Origin: Candidatus Omnitrophota bacterium
GTDB lineage: Bacteria > Omnitrophota > Gorgyraeia > Zapsychrales > JANLHA01
Assembly: GCA_023247795.1 (NCBI GenBank)
Contig: JAHFFT010000002.1
Span: 31,760-95,759 of the forward strand
DNA length: 64,000 nucleotides
Direction of reading: 5' to 3'
Shown piece after piece: positions 29,309 to 39,203 of this stretch. The notes under the pieces are model-generated. The model ran no database searches, was not told where the DNA came from, and saw nothing but the letters and a program-made list of their open reading frames with translations. The position numbers and the translations under genes are program-made. How positions within the stretch are numbered: position 1 is the stretch's first letter; every line of letters starts with the position of its first letter.

Positions 29309-29333
29309 ACAAATCTCGTGAAGACCTCTTTTA

Positions 29334-29358
29334 GGGCTGCCCCCTTAAGGGGCAGCCC
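29334..29358. repeat. GC-rich hairpin without a U tract (REP-like or RNA-stabilising)
   Basis: GGGCTGCCCC-CTTAA-GGGGCAGCCC. Confidence 0.55.
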
Positions 29359-29372
29359 CCACCATCAAATTC

Positions 29373-31610
29373 ATGCGCAAAGAATTCTTAATTTTGGAAT
29401 CCCTTAAATTCAAGGGCGATTGTTTTAAGCTGTTTCGACGCTTGCGGCATCATCCCCACGCTTTTCTTTTAGAAAGCAGTTTGCGCCATAAAGATTACGG
29501 CCGCTATTCTTTCATGGGGTGCGATCCTTTTTTTGTCTTCAAGGGCGATGGCCGTAGTCTCCTTCCCAATCTTCGTAAACATTTTGAACCGTTTCATTTT
29601 CAGAAATTGAAATGCCCAACACCGTTTCCCGCCGGGATCTTGGGATATTTGAGTTATGATTATGGTTTAAGCCTTGAACACGTCGGGTCTGTCCGACGTG
29701 CTAAAGGGATCTTCGACGGATGGTTTGGTTTTTATGATACGGTTATCACGATTGATCATCAGCAGAGCAAGATTTTTATCTGCTCGTCTGGCTGGCCGGA
29801 AAGGAAATTAGCGGCGCGAAAAATAAGGGCGCAGAAACGCCTTCAGGAGATCATATCTTGCTTAGAGAAAGAAGAGTTGCCCGAGATTTCCATTCCTCTT
29901 CGCCCAAGCGTTTTTCGTTTGCAAAGCAATTTCAGTAAGGGGCAGTATGTGCAGGCCGTTCAGAAGGCCAAAGAGTATATCCGTGCCGGTGACATTTATC
30001 AGGTGAACTTGTCACAAAGATTTCATTGCGATCTGCCGTCGTCTCAAGGTAAGGAAGATTCATTAAAACTTTACGAGGTGTTGAAATCCCTTTCCCCGGC
30101 GGCCTTTTCTTCTTATCTTGACGTCGGAGGATTTCAGATCATCAGCAGTTCGCCGGAACGGTTTTTGAGTTTGCGAGAGAACTTGATCCAGACCCGCCCT
30201 ATGAAAGGGACTCGACCCCGAGGAGAAAATCAAAGGGATGATTGGGAGCAAAGAGAGAGTTTGCTGCATAGCAGCAAGGAAAAGGCTGAATTGCTGATGA
30301 TCACCGATCTTGAACGCAACGATTTGGGACGGGTGTGCGATTTTGGATCCGTTCAGGTGGAACGCCTGCGGACTTTGGAGCGATACAAAACTGTTCATCA
30401 GGCCACGTCAACCATTTCCGGCCGGTTAAGAAAAGATAAGGATTGTTTTGATTTGCTGGGTGCGGCTTTTCCCGGTGGATCCATCACCGGCTGTCCTAAA
30501 ATTCGCGCGATGCAGATCATTCAAGAATTGGAAAAGACGCCCCGCGGGATTTACACCGGTTGTTTGGGCTATGTTTCATTTGACCGGAATATGGATTTTA
30601 ATATTTTGATCCGTACTTTGCTCCGTCAGGATTCGCAAGTGGCTTTTCAGGTCGGCAGTGGGATTGTGGCGGATTCAAAGCCCAATGCCGAGTATCAGGA
30701 GACGTTGGATAAAGCCAAGGCCTTGAAAGAGTGCTTGTTAAAAATGACTGACCAAACTTCTGACCTGCGGGGTCAGAATGGTGAAAAGAGGGGAGTGTGG
30801 ATTTATTGGGACGGAGAAATGCGGGAGGTCCCAGAGGCGTTTTGTGATTCTTTAACACCCGGCAGATTTTCGGTCGATGGAGTTTTTGAAACCATGCTGT
30901 TTCATCAGGGGAATGTTGTTTTGTTGGAACGGCATCTCAAACGGTTTGTTAAAGGCGCGGTCACGGTCGGAATTCAGAAAATTCCAACTGTTCAGCGGTT
31001 GAAGTGGATTATCAAAGACGTCATCAGAAAAAATGGTTTTCAGTTGGCGCGCGTACGGTTGATGGCTTGGCAACAGTCGAGTAAAGGTGTTTTCTGCGCG
31101 ATGGTTTTGCCGCATCAGCTTTACCCGAAAGCAAAATACGAAAAGGGGTTCCATGTGCAGATGGCTCATCGGAAGATTTGTTCCGACGCAAAACCAAGTC
31201 ATGTGAAGTCGTTGGATTATGGAAACTTTTATCAGGCGTATGTGAAGACGAAAGCGCTGGGGTATGATGAGGTGGTATTTTTAAATGAGCGCGGGGAAGT
31301 GGCGGAGGCCAGCCGCAGCAACATTTTTTTGGTGAAAGATGGGCAGTTGTTAACTCCGCATTTGAAATCCGGAGCTCTCGATGGAATCACCCGTTGGCAA
31401 GTGATCCAAGTGGCAAGAAAATTCAACCTGCGCGTTCAAGAAACATTTTTAACAAAAGTTGACTTATCAGCCGCTGATGAAATGTTTTTAACCAACTCGC
31501 TGTTGGGCGTCATGCCGGTCACACGGCTGAGCGGACAGTCGGTGGCCGACGGTCGGCCCGGCCCGATCACGGAACAGCTTAAAAAAAAATATGACCGGCG
31601 TTTAAATTAA
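29373..31610 (+). CDS. pabB: Aminodeoxychorismate synthase component I fused to a class IV PLP enzyme (PabB-PabC fusion)
   Basis: GDIYQVNLSQ, SSSPERF, PMKGTRPRG, DLERNDLGR, FPGGSITGCPK; C-terminal GVFETM, HVKSLDY, EASRSNIF, LDGITR. Confidence 0.88.
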   Translation: MRKEFLILESLKFKGDCFKLFRRLRHHPHAFLLESSLRHKDYGRYSFMGCDPFFVFKGDGRSLLPNLRKHFEPFHFQKLKCPTPFPAGILGYLSYDYGLSLEHVGSVRRAKGIFDGWFGFYDTVITIDHQQSKIFICSSGWPERKLAARKIRAQKRLQEIISCLEKEELPEISIPLRPSVFRLQSNFSKGQYVQAVQKAKEYIRAGDIYQVNLSQRFHCDLPSSQGKEDSLKLYEVLKSLSPAAFSSYLDVGGFQIISSSPERFLSLRENLIQTRPMKGTRPRGENQRDDWEQRESLLHSSKEKAELLMITDLERNDLGRVCDFGSVQVERLRTLERYKTVHQATSTISGRLRKDKDCFDLLGAAFPGGSITGCPKIRAMQIIQELEKTPRGIYTGCLGYVSFDRNMDFNILIRTLLRQDSQVAFQVGSGIVADSKPNAEYQETLDKAKALKECLLKMTDQTSDLRGQNGEKRGVWIYWDGEMREVPEAFCDSLTPGRFSVDGVFETMLFHQGNVVLLERHLKRFVKGAVTVGIQKIPTVQRLKWIIKDVIRKNGFQLARVRLMAWQQSSKGVFCAMVLPHQLYPKAKYEKGFHVQMAHRKICSDAKPSHVKSLDYGNFYQAYVKTKALGYDEVVFLNERGEVAEASRSNIFLVKDGQLLTPHLKSGALDGITRWQVIQVARKFNLRVQETFLTKVDLSAADEMFLTNSLLGVMPVTRLSGQSVADGRPGPITEQLKKKYDRRLN
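30758..30778. repeat. 21-bp REP-like hairpin inside the PabB-PabC linker
   Basis: TTCTGACC-TGCGG-GGTCAGAA; related to 41193-41210 and 62856-62876. Confidence 0.65.
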
Positions 31611-31655
31611 TTATTTCATTTTGGAATTACCTTGGGAATTGGCTAGGAAAACTGT

Positions 31656-33026
31656 GTGAAGAAAATATTTATTTCAAGTTTGATTGTTTCTTTGCTAACA
31701 CTTGTTTCTGCTGATGTATTTGCCGTTAGCAACATAGGTATTAACCAAGAGAGCGTGTTAACTAACGAAGAAAGAGATCGACTGTTAGCCTCCACCAGTG
31801 GGGCAATAGCTTGTTTGACTGTTCAAGAGCAAGGTAGCGATAAGGAGATATTTGCTGGAACAGGTTTTTTTATCCATGAAGCAGGACTTTTATTAACAAA
31901 TTACCATGTCATTTGTAGGACTGAGAAAGTTTTCGCCCAAGCCGGTGGCAGGCATGCCAAAGCTCAGCTGCTTAAAGTCATATTTTGTGATCAGAAGAGA
32001 GATTATTGTGTGCTTCAATTTCCCGTAGAAGTTGCGCAGCCGTTATCTGTGAGAAGCGACTCATTGCCACAGACCGGAGAAAAAGTATACACTTTAGGTT
32101 TTGTGGGTGGGTGTGATAACCTTTTGATTTCCTCTGGAAATTTTATTGGAAGAGATGAAATATTCAAACAAGATTTTCTCACGGCAACAACAGTTACAGT
32201 TATAGGTAATAGTGGTGGTCCGATTGTGGATCATGACGGCCATGCAATCGGTATTGTTGCTGGCTCCTTACCGGATCGTGATCCCGTAGAAACATACGCG
32301 ATACCGCTCATTGACACGCTAAATGTTGATCTTACCCAAGAAATTCCGTTGAGCGAGTTAACAGAGCGATCTCCCATGCTAAGTTTTTCTTTAGGCCTGC
32401 GGCGCTATGAACAAGGAAAATACATCGAAGCGGTTAATGCTTTAACAGAAGCTTTAGAAGCGGGGCCAGATTCTGATATTTATTTTCAACGAGGTCTGGC
32501 TTTTTACAAGTTAGGTCGTTTAAACGAATCATTGTCTGATATGAATGACGCGATAGATATCGTCGTTAGTGATCGAGACCGTTCTAGGATATTAACGCTC
32601 CGTGGGCTTGTTTATAAAGATAAAAAGGTTTTTACTAAGGCGTTGGAAGATTTTAATCGAGCAATTGAATTGGAACCTCAAAATGCTACGGCATATCATG
32701 ACCGCGGCTTATTGTATGATTTGAAAGGTGATCATATAAAAGCTATTGCTGATTATTCTGAAGCAGTGGTTATTAGTCCCCAATTGGCAAACGCTTATTA
32801 TGACCGCGGGTTGACTTATCAGGTAGAAGAAGGAGATATTGATAAAGCAATTACGGATTATTCCAAGGTGATCGAACTAGACCCGAATCACAAGAGTGCT
32901 TATTGGAATAGGGCCGTCGCGTATTATCAAAAGGGCGATATTTCTAGAAGCCGATCAGATGCAATGAGGGCGAAGGAATTGGGTGCAACAGTTGATGAAG
33001 GGTTAATTGAGAAACTTGGTTTGTAA
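31656..33026 (+). CDS. Secreted trypsin-like serine protease with TPR repeats
   Basis: Signal peptide; catalytic triad TNYHV, RDYCVL, GNSGGP; about six TPRs (AYHDRG, AYYDRG, AYWNRA). Confidence 0.85.
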   Translation: MKKIFISSLIVSLLTLVSADVFAVSNIGINQESVLTNEERDRLLASTSGAIACLTVQEQGSDKEIFAGTGFFIHEAGLLLTNYHVICRTEKVFAQAGGRHAKAQLLKVIFCDQKRDYCVLQFPVEVAQPLSVRSDSLPQTGEKVYTLGFVGGCDNLLISSGNFIGRDEIFKQDFLTATTVTVIGNSGGPIVDHDGHAIGIVAGSLPDRDPVETYAIPLIDTLNVDLTQEIPLSELTERSPMLSFSLGLRRYEQGKYIEAVNALTEALEAGPDSDIYFQRGLAFYKLGRLNESLSDMNDAIDIVVSDRDRSRILTLRGLVYKDKKVFTKALEDFNRAIELEPQNATAYHDRGLLYDLKGDHIKAIADYSEAVVISPQLANAYYDRGLTYQVEEGDIDKAITDYSKVIELDPNHKSAYWNRAVAYYQKGDISRSRSDAMRAKELGATVDEGLIEKLGL

Positions 33027-33079
33027 ATTTGTCTGGAAATATTCGTCTTAAACGTAACCGAGTTTCTTAATTTTTCTAT

Positions 33080-33108
33080 TTGCCCGGAGTCTTAGGAAAA
33101 AGTATAAT
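33080..33108 (+). promoter_or_regulatory. Sigma70-type promoter (possibly giving a leaderless transcript)
   Basis: TTGCCC-17 nt-TATAAT; ATG 7 nt downstream. Confidence 0.5.
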
Positions 33109-33115
33109 GTTGTCG

Positions 33116-34141
33116 ATGAGAAAAATTATCGAGAAATTTCTACCAGCAGGCCTTTTATTCTCACTCGTCTTTCTTTCGGTCCATTCCTACGGACAGGAGG
33201 GACTCGTCACGCAAGATCCTCCGCAACAACAACCGGAACAACAATGGGAAATGTCGCTTGAACAGCTTAAATCAAAAGCCCAGTTTTTGTTGCAGGAAAA
33301 TCAAAAATTGCAGTCTGAGTATCAGACTCTTTCAGAAAAAATTAATACGGCGCAAGGATCCATTGAGCAGTTGGATAAGGATATCGACGAGCAAGGGAAG
33401 GTCAACGCTAAGTTGAAGACGATGTATGATGAAAAGATTAAAAGTACGGAGCCAGAAAACAGCGAAGTGACGCGTTTGAAAGCCGAGGTTGCGGACATTG
33501 AAAAGGCCAATGCCAAGCTGAGACAGGATTTGGCAATGGCGGAAAGTGCTGCGGCCGGTTCGGAAAAAGAAATGCAAGCTCTGGAAGCGCAGAAACAAAC
33601 GTTATCGTCGGAAATCCAGCAGAGACAAGAACTGTATCAGGATTTTTTGAACCAAGGGACCGCGGCCTTTAAAGATAAAAAGGGGCAGCTGACGGAATTC
33701 CAGAAAAAAGAAGAGGAATTGCAAGCTGGTATCGAGGGTTTGGAAAAAAAGGCGGCGCTGCTGCCGGGAAAAGTGGATGAGATGGCTAAGCAGAACCATC
33801 AGCTAGAGGATGAAGCGTCCGCGCTCAAGCGGCAAAAGAGCGAGCAGGAGCGTAAAAATGAAGTCCTTCGTCGGGAGAATCAAAAATTGCAGCAGACCGG
33901 CCAGATCGTTTCTTCTCAAATCGTACGAGAGCGATGGCAGTTGGAAAGAGAAGTGAAGCTGCTCACCCAAGAACTGGATTCCGCAAGGAATTCTGTCCAG
34001 CAATCATCGAATATCATTGCTATGAAGCGCGAACTGATGGATAAAATTATGGTTTTGGACGCGGAAAATCAAAAATTGCGCGACCAGGTTTCTCAGTTGA
34101 TGGAAGAAGTCAAATCCAAAAAGCAGGATATGAATCTCTAG
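33116..34141 (+). CDS. Exported long coiled-coil protein
   Basis: Signal-peptide-like N-terminus followed by about 300 aa of E/Q/K/L-rich heptads. Confidence 0.75.
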   Translation: MRKIIEKFLPAGLLFSLVFLSVHSYGQEGLVTQDPPQQQPEQQWEMSLEQLKSKAQFLLQENQKLQSEYQTLSEKINTAQGSIEQLDKDIDEQGKVNAKLKTMYDEKIKSTEPENSEVTRLKAEVADIEKANAKLRQDLAMAESAAAGSEKEMQALEAQKQTLSSEIQQRQELYQDFLNQGTAAFKDKKGQLTEFQKKEEELQAGIEGLEKKAALLPGKVDEMAKQNHQLEDEASALKRQKSEQERKNEVLRRENQKLQQTGQIVSSQIVRERWQLEREVKLLTQELDSARNSVQQSSNIIAMKRELMDKIMVLDAENQKLRDQVSQLMEEVKSKKQDMNL

Positions 34142-34292
34142 TTGGTTCCCTTCTGATCGTCCTTCCCATCCCAATTTCCCTCTAAAAGTGTGGATTTTTT
34201 CATTAGGTTCAAAACTGCTCTTCATGTATAATGGCCATTAATCTCACAACATTTCTTTTTTTGTATCAATATTTATCACGAAAGGAATCGTT

Positions 34293-34778
34293 ATGGACGA
34301 GATCTTAGAAGTCTTGGTGGGTAACGGCCGCGCTACTCCGGAAGAGATCGCCAAATTGACCGGAAAAAATGTGGCGCAAGTTAAAAAGCTGATTAACAAA
34401 TACGAAACCGACGGCACGATCGTCAAATACAAAGCGATCCTGAATACCGAATTGATTCCCGAACGTCGATCCTTGGTCACGGCGTTGATTGAGGTGTGTA
34501 TCGATCCGCAGGAGGATGCCGGGTTTGATCGTGTTGCGGAAAGGATCTACAATTTTCCGGAGGTCACGAGCTGTTATCTGGTTTCCGGGGATCATGATTT
34601 GCTCGTCGTGGTTGAAGGGGACAGCCTGAACACCGTTGCCGATTTTATCGCTTCCAAATTGGCCCCGATGGCCCATGTGCGCAGCACCCGCACGCATTTC
34701 CTTCTGAAGAAGTACAAAGAGGATGGTCAGATCCTCAAGAAGGGTGCTGGGAAAAAACGTCTTAACATTTCTTATTGA
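34293..34778 (+). CDS. Lrp/AsnC family transcriptional regulator
   Basis: N-terminal HTH, FPEVTSCYLVSGDHDL, THFLLKKYK (YugG-like); AAGGA RBS. Confidence 0.9.
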   Translation: MDEILEVLVGNGRATPEEIAKLTGKNVAQVKKLINKYETDGTIVKYKAILNTELIPERRSLVTALIEVCIDPQEDAGFDRVAERIYNFPEVTSCYLVSGDHDLLVVVEGDSLNTVADFIASKLAPMAHVRSTRTHFLLKKYKEDGQILKKGAGKKRLNISY

Positions 34779-34786
34779 AAGTTTCT

Positions 34787-35962
34787 ATGACTCCGGTGAC
34801 TCAGGAAAGAATTTCAAAAATAGTAGAAAAATTAGCCCCCTCTGGGATCCGGGCCTTTTTTGATTTGGTCTTGAACATGAAGGACGTCATTTCGCTTGGT
34901 GTCGGTGAACCGGACTTTGTCACTCCCTGGCACATCCGCGAGAAGGCCATCCATTCTTTAGAAAAGGGGTTTACGTCTTACACCTCCAATAAAGGGATGC
35001 CGGAACTTCGCAAAGAAATCGCGCAATTCCTTCAGAAGCGTTATGGATTGAGTTATGATTTCTCGGAAGAGATCTTGATCACCGTCGGGGTCAGTGAAGG
35101 GTTGGATTTAGCGATGCGGGCCCTTCTTAATCCCGGAGATAAAGTTTTGGTTCCGGAGCCAGCGTATGTTTCTTACGGGCCGGTCGTTGAATTGGCCGGC
35201 GGTGAGCCGATTTATTTACAGACCAACATCAAAAATGAGTTCAAATTGACGGCACAGCAGATCGATCAAGCCGCGGTCAAAGGGACCAAGGCCTTGATGA
35301 TCAATTATCCGTCCAATCCAACAGGCACGTCTTATACCAAAGCGGAACTGCTCGCGATCGCCCAGGTGGTGAAAAAGCATGATCTTTTGATCGTCAGCGA
35401 CGAGGTTTATGATGAACTGACTTACGACTTTGATCATACGCCGCTTTCATCCCTCCCGGGGATGAAAGACCGGGTGATTTATCTCAACGGTTTTTCAAAG
35501 GCCTATGCCATGACCGGATTTCGCATTGGTTATGCCTGCGGCCCGCGTGAGATCGTCGCGGCCATGACCAAGATCCATCAATATACGATGTTATGCGCGT
35601 CCATTACCGGGCAGATTGCCGCTCAAGACGCGTTGAAATACGGCCAGCGGGATGTGGCGGAAATGCGTAAAGAATACAATCGTCGTCGTCGATATATGGT
35701 CAGCAGCCTCAATGAATTGGGCCTGGATTGCCATACCCCGCAAGGAGCATTTTATGTCTTCCCATCAATCCAAAAGACTGGAATGAAGTCATTGGATTTC
35801 GCTAAAGATCTTTTAGAGAAAGAAAAAGTCGCCTTGGTTCCGGGGGTGGCCTTTGGCCCGTCGTGTGAAGGGTATATCCGAATTTCCTACGCTTCCAGTT
35901 ACGAGAACTTGCAGGAAGCTGTCAAACGGATAAAAAGATATCTTCAAAAAAGTAAAGAGTGA
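34787..35962 (+). CDS. PLP-dependent aminotransferase class I/II (YugH/AlaT-like)
   Basis: SLGVGEPDF, NYPSNPTG, SDEVY, NGFSKAYAMTGFRIG. Confidence 0.92.
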   Translation: MTPVTQERISKIVEKLAPSGIRAFFDLVLNMKDVISLGVGEPDFVTPWHIREKAIHSLEKGFTSYTSNKGMPELRKEIAQFLQKRYGLSYDFSEEILITVGVSEGLDLAMRALLNPGDKVLVPEPAYVSYGPVVELAGGEPIYLQTNIKNEFKLTAQQIDQAAVKGTKALMINYPSNPTGTSYTKAELLAIAQVVKKHDLLIVSDEVYDELTYDFDHTPLSSLPGMKDRVIYLNGFSKAYAMTGFRIGYACGPREIVAAMTKIHQYTMLCASITGQIAAQDALKYGQRDVAEMRKEYNRRRRYMVSSLNELGLDCHTPQGAFYVFPSIQKTGMKSLDFAKDLLEKEKVALVPGVAFGPSCEGYIRISYASSYENLQEAVKRIKRYLQKSKE

Positions 35963-36375
35963 AAAGTGAAGAGATGAAAGAAACCAACCTCAAATTCGAA
36001 ATTCGTTTTTATGAAGGGATTTTAGAACACAAGCCGGATTTCATCCAGGCCTTGATGGCCTTGGCGGATTGTTACACCAGGGACGGTCAACATGAAAAAG
36101 GTCTGGTCCTTGATAAGCAACTCTCCCAATTACGGCCGGAAGATCCTTACATCCTTTACAATTTGTCGTGCAGTTATTCTTTACTCAACCAGGTCGATAA
36201 GGCCTTTGAGACAATGAAATTGGCGATCGATGGCGGCTATGATGATTTCCGTTTTTTAGCCAAGGACCAGGACTTGGAAAATCTTCGCAACGACCAACGG
36301 TTCCAGGAATATTTGCTGCAGTTCAAAAACAAGCGCGTTTTTGATCAAAACCCTGATTTAAAAACACATCCTTGA
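35959..36375 (+). CDS. Short TPR protein
   Basis: ALADCYT...YNLSCSYSLL...DQDLENLR. Confidence 0.75.
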   Translation: MKSEEMKETNLKFEIRFYEGILEHKPDFIQALMALADCYTRDGQHEKGLVLDKQLSQLRPEDPYILYNLSCSYSLLNQVDKAFETMKLAIDGGYDDFRFLAKDQDLENLRNDQRFQEYLLQFKNKRVFDQNPDLKTHP

Positions 36376-39203
36376 TTGTGAATAAAACTTGGCCGCTCAT
36401 CCTTGTCGCGTGTCTGCTCGGGGGGGTGGCCCCGTCTTTTGTCTTTGCCGCTCAGCCGCCGAGATATGAAATGCAAGTCCGTGTTGACACGGATAAGAAA
36501 TTTTTGACCGCCAACCAAACAACCATGTTCACCAATCCTACCGCGCAGCCGTTGAAAGAAATTTATTTCCATATCTATCCTAACCGTCGATATACCGCGA
36601 AAGAAATTGGTTTTCTATGTCGTTTTGGTGGCTATTTCAAGGTCAATTTTTTTCCGGAAGGGTATCAGCGGACCCGTATGCAGATTGGATCAGTGAGAAC
36701 GGGAGAGCAAAATTTGTCCTATCAAATCGAAGGCGACGACGAGACCCTTTTAAAGATCGCGTTGCCACAACCTTTAGCGCCAGGAGAGACGGTTGCGCTG
36801 ACCATCGATTTCAAGATCGGATTGCCGCATCAGTATGGACGATTTGGCTGGCATAAAAACATCATCCAGCTTTCCCGTTGGTATCCGATCCTAGCGGTGG
36901 TCGATGAGAAGGGATGGAACAAGGCGCCATTCTATCCTTACCAGCGCCCGTTTTACAGCGAGGCCTCCTTTTATGATGTGTCCTTAACGGTCCCAGAGAA
37001 TCAAATTGTCATTCATTCCGGAATCGAAGACGCGAGCAAGCCCATCGCTGAAGGACAGAAGACCGTGCATATCAAAACCGAAAATCCAATAAGGGATTTC
37101 AGCATGGCGATGAGCAAAGACTATTTGCTGTTGAGCCAAAAAGCGCAGGACATCACGTTCAAGGCCTTTTACTTTCCTGGTAACGAACAGCATGCCCGGC
37201 AGGCGCTTGATAGCGCCCAGCAAATGATGGCCGCGTATTCACAGAAGTTTGGGCCGTATCCGTATTCGGAATTCAGCATTGCCCCGGTTTATTTGGGGTA
37301 CGGCGGGGAGCAGATGGCGAACATGATTTTTGTAGATACCCGAGTTTTTGAGATGCCGCAAGTTTTGAATCGGCATTTTGATTTTTTAATTTCGCATGAA
37401 ACCGGGCACCAGTGGTTTTACAATCTGGTCGGTGTTGATGAATACTGCCAGATGTGGCTGGAGGAAGGGGTCCATTCTTTTTTTCTTTCGGAATATTTCC
37501 GGCAAAAATACGGCGCGGACGCGTCCATTTTGGATTTTCCGAAATGGTGCAAGAGTTGGAACTGGGTCTTACCGAAGTTGACTTTTGAGCGGGCGAGTAC
37601 GGTCCGATATCAGATGATGGTTCGCATGGGATATGACCGGCCGATCGTCGATGATCTATCTAGTTTCGCGGAACCGAGCAGCATTTTCGCGTTGACCTAC
37701 GGCAAGGGAGCACAGATTGTAAAGATGTTGCAAACCTTGTTGGGTCGAGAACGGATGGATAAGATTTTTCAAAGGATCTTTCGAGAATACCAATTTAAAA
37801 ATTGGTCGATCGTGGACTTTAAAAAAATTTGTGAACAGGAAAGCGGTTTGTCTTTGGATTGGTTTTTCCAAGAGTGGCTGCATTCGGTAAAAAAGCTCGA
37901 TGTTACCGTTCGCAAGGTACAAGGGAATCGGTTAGTCTTACAAAATCGCGGCAACGCCGTGATGCCGGTCAAGGTGCGGATACGGTTTCGGGATGGGGGA
38001 GAGGAAACTTTTGATTGGCAGCCACGGGGTGCCGGCGAGATCGCGACTTTTGAAAAGAGTCGCAGGATCAAATCGGTGCAAGTTGATCCGGAAAGAACTT
38101 TGCTCGATGTTGATCGCACCAATAATCTCTGGCCACGGGTCGTTGAAATCCATCCGGTGCCAATTTATCTGGGGCTTTACGATCTGCCGGTCCTTTTGCC
38201 AGACGACCGCGTCAATGTCGTGATTGGTCCGGAGACCGCCAATTCCGGTTTAGGCCTCAAGGTTTCGGTCCAAAAGCCGTATGATCAGATTTTTTATGCC
38301 GGTACTGATTATGAATTTCATGAAAGACATCACCATGCTCGTCTGGGCTATCAGTTAAAAAATGTTTTGCAATCACAAACAACGTTAGGGGTGGAGATTG
38401 CCAATCGCAATGATACCAAAGGGGACGAGGAGGATTTGGCCAGCGGGAAAGTGTATCTGCGCAAAGAATTGTCACCGAGCCAATATGGATTGGCTGAGAT
38501 CAATGATCACGCCACGTTGTATGTGATGCGTAACCAGAGTTTGAATGACACGGTTGATTTTATCTCTGGACGGGAAGATGTTCGGAACTTGAATTATTCC
38601 CGGATCGACGAAGCGATTGTGGGGACAACAATGCATCTGGACCGTTCTGGTCCTTATCCGGATCCGGTCAAAGGATACCGTTTGGATACGAGTCTGGAAA
38701 GCGCCGGACATTTTCTGGACGCGACCCAGTTCTTTTACCGTTCGCAGATCGATTTGAGCCTGTATCATCCCGTGACGCCAAAATCGACCTTGGCCTTGCG
38801 CAACAAGTACGATTGGGGATATCCAGATGACAAGGATTTGTTTCATATCGGCGGGATGGACGGCCTGCGGGGTTTTGAACGCAAAACGATCCGCGGGGCC
38901 AACGCTTTTTTAAGCAGTGTGGAGTATCGTTTTCCCATCAAAGAAGACTTGAAAATCCATGCCTTGGATAACATCTTTGGTTTGGAAAAGGTGAGTGGAG
39001 TGATTTTTTTTGATGCTGGCCAGGCCTGGTTTTCTGATTTTTCTGAATCGCGTTTGCGCAAAGACGCGGGATTGGGCCTGCGTTTTCACGTCGATGTTGG
39101 TTCGTTTTTAGAAAAGGTTGTTGTCCGTATGGATGTGGCCAAGGCCATCAACGAACCCGACGATGATGTCGAGTTTTGGTTTGGGGTCAATCATGCTTTT
39201 TAA
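36372..39203 (+). CDS. M1-family (gluzincin) metallopeptidase fused to a C-terminal Omp85-type beta-barrel
   Basis: Signal peptide; HETGHQWF...WLEEG Zn motif; YGKG; C-terminal GGMDGLRGF lid motif, FFDAG, GLGLRF, terminal Phe. Confidence 0.8.
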   Translation: MIVNKTWPLILVACLLGGVAPSFVFAAQPPRYEMQVRVDTDKKFLTANQTTMFTNPTAQPLKEIYFHIYPNRRYTAKEIGFLCRFGGYFKVNFFPEGYQRTRMQIGSVRTGEQNLSYQIEGDDETLLKIALPQPLAPGETVALTIDFKIGLPHQYGRFGWHKNIIQLSRWYPILAVVDEKGWNKAPFYPYQRPFYSEASFYDVSLTVPENQIVIHSGIEDASKPIAEGQKTVHIKTENPIRDFSMAMSKDYLLLSQKAQDITFKAFYFPGNEQHARQALDSAQQMMAAYSQKFGPYPYSEFSIAPVYLGYGGEQMANMIFVDTRVFEMPQVLNRHFDFLISHETGHQWFYNLVGVDEYCQMWLEEGVHSFFLSEYFRQKYGADASILDFPKWCKSWNWVLPKLTFERASTVRYQMMVRMGYDRPIVDDLSSFAEPSSIFALTYGKGAQIVKMLQTLLGRERMDKIFQRIFREYQFKNWSIVDFKKICEQESGLSLDWFFQEWLHSVKKLDVTVRKVQGNRLVLQNRGNAVMPVKVRIRFRDGGEETFDWQPRGAGEIATFEKSRRIKSVQVDPERTLLDVDRTNNLWPRVVEIHPVPIYLGLYDLPVLLPDDRVNVVIGPETANSGLGLKVSVQKPYDQIFYAGTDYEFHERHHHARLGYQLKNVLQSQTTLGVEIANRNDTKGDEEDLASGKVYLRKELSPSQYGLAEINDHATLYVMRNQSLNDTVDFISGREDVRNLNYSRIDEAIVGTTMHLDRSGPYPDPVKGYRLDTSLESAGHFLDATQFFYRSQIDLSLYHPVTPKSTLALRNKYDWGYPDDKDLFHIGGMDGLRGFERKTIRGANAFLSSVEYRFPIKEDLKIHALDNIFGLEKVSGVIFFDAGQAWFSDFSESRLRKDAGLGLRFHVDVGSFLEKVVVRMDVAKAINEPDDDVEFWFGVNHAF

